Shown: positions 63,061-64,000 of the stretch, piece after piece | Position numbering within the stretch: position 1 is the stretch's first letter | How the letters are laid out: every line of letters starts with the position of its first letter | Program-made: the position numbers and the translations under genes | Assembly (NCBI RefSeq): GCF_006345805.1 | Contig: NC_043018.1 | Span: forward strand, 15,190,001-15,254,000 | From: Octopus sinensis | Lineage: Eukaryota | Reading direction: 5' to 3' | Length of the DNA stretch: 64,000 bases | Notes under the pieces: generated by a model | The model's database searches: none | The model's input: the letters and a program-made list of their open reading frames with translations, nothing else | What the model was told of the DNA's origin: nothing

Positions 63061-64000
63061 GTTCGCTCAATAGCAACAGCAGCGATTACATAGATATTTG
63101 AAGACATACAGTGTATCAAATAACCATAGCAACAAATTCACTTGATAATTCTTAGATAACAATGAAAAAGAAATAAATCACGTGTGTGTGAGAGAAACAC
63201 AGAGAGAGAGGGTGAGAGAGAACATTGCAAACCATGAAGGAAATAAACATGAAATGAAAAAAATCGTATAGTTAAAAGCTCGTTTAAAACTATCTTGTAC
63301 CTAATGTTTAAGTTTGTGACTTGAAATATTCAATAATAAAAAGAAGTTCAGAAAGTAAATTTTACTGAAAACTTCAATTTATAAAAATTCTCTCTTGCTT
63401 AATAAATATTTCTTTCAGTAATTTATCGTAGTTTTAATAAATCTCTAATTTAAACAAACGTCAAGGTAACCCAACTACGTTTAGCGTGCAAGGCATAGCA
63501 GCGATCACATAGTTATCGTAGTAAGGCTTATTGCGTTCCAGACAGCCATACCAACAAAATCAAAAGATTTTCATTTTATCAAAAATATTCATTTAACAAA
63601 CCTCTGAAACATACTATTCTTGAAATTGTACCTAGTATCAAAGTTATGCAGCTATTTAGTCTAATAGCATTCATTCATTTAATAGATGATTTTTCTTTTA
63701 AATTACGTAAGTAGAATAAATTGTGGGTTTTTCAAATAGCGAATTAAAACTTGAAATGAAAACACTGAAATGAATATATGTTAAATTATCATTAATGAAA
63801 ATAGAAGCGAGTGAAGAGAGTGAGAGACTGCAGCAGATGAAAACGGAAATTTTCACCTGCAACGAATTAATATTAAACATTAAAATCTACTCTGCAGTAA
63901 GTACAACGAATATTTAAATTTGTGAAAAACTTGTGGTTCAAATATTCAATAAACTTCAGAAATCGAAATTACAGGAAAAATCTTAGAACATGAATTTATA

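Overview
Eukaryotic, AT-rich, repeat-dominated intronic or intergenic DNA. The SINE families resemble octopus (coleoid cephalopod) repeats as I remember them; this is inference, not a database result. No intact protein-coding gene, true tRNA/rRNA gene or CRISPR array is supported, and almost all long ORFs in the track are microsatellite read-throughs. Contents: (i) many copies of several tRNA-derived SINE families, labelled A, B, C and F here; (ii) decayed autonomous elements: Ty3/Gypsy pol, Penelope-like RT, R4/Dong-type RLE LINEs in (TAA)n, RTE LINEs, Tx1/L1-like LINEs, Tc1/mariner, hAT and Helitron helicase; (iii) four non-autonomous Helitrons; (iv) a non-coding ~557-bp element that sits in (TAA)n (element D); (v) long microsatellites and a 100-N gap. 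The most interesting signal is two unrelated ~360-nt non-coding units (4985-5341 and 49157-49558). Each carries a minimal type I hammerhead ribozyme with a palindromic stem III, shows tandem or circular permutation, and has an inverted partial copy on its 5' side. This is the architecture of Penelope pLTR-derived or retrozyme-like elements, and three more degenerate candidates occur in the window. Two weak minus-strand micro-exon candidates may belong to a host gene. Coordinates of decayed elements are approximate.
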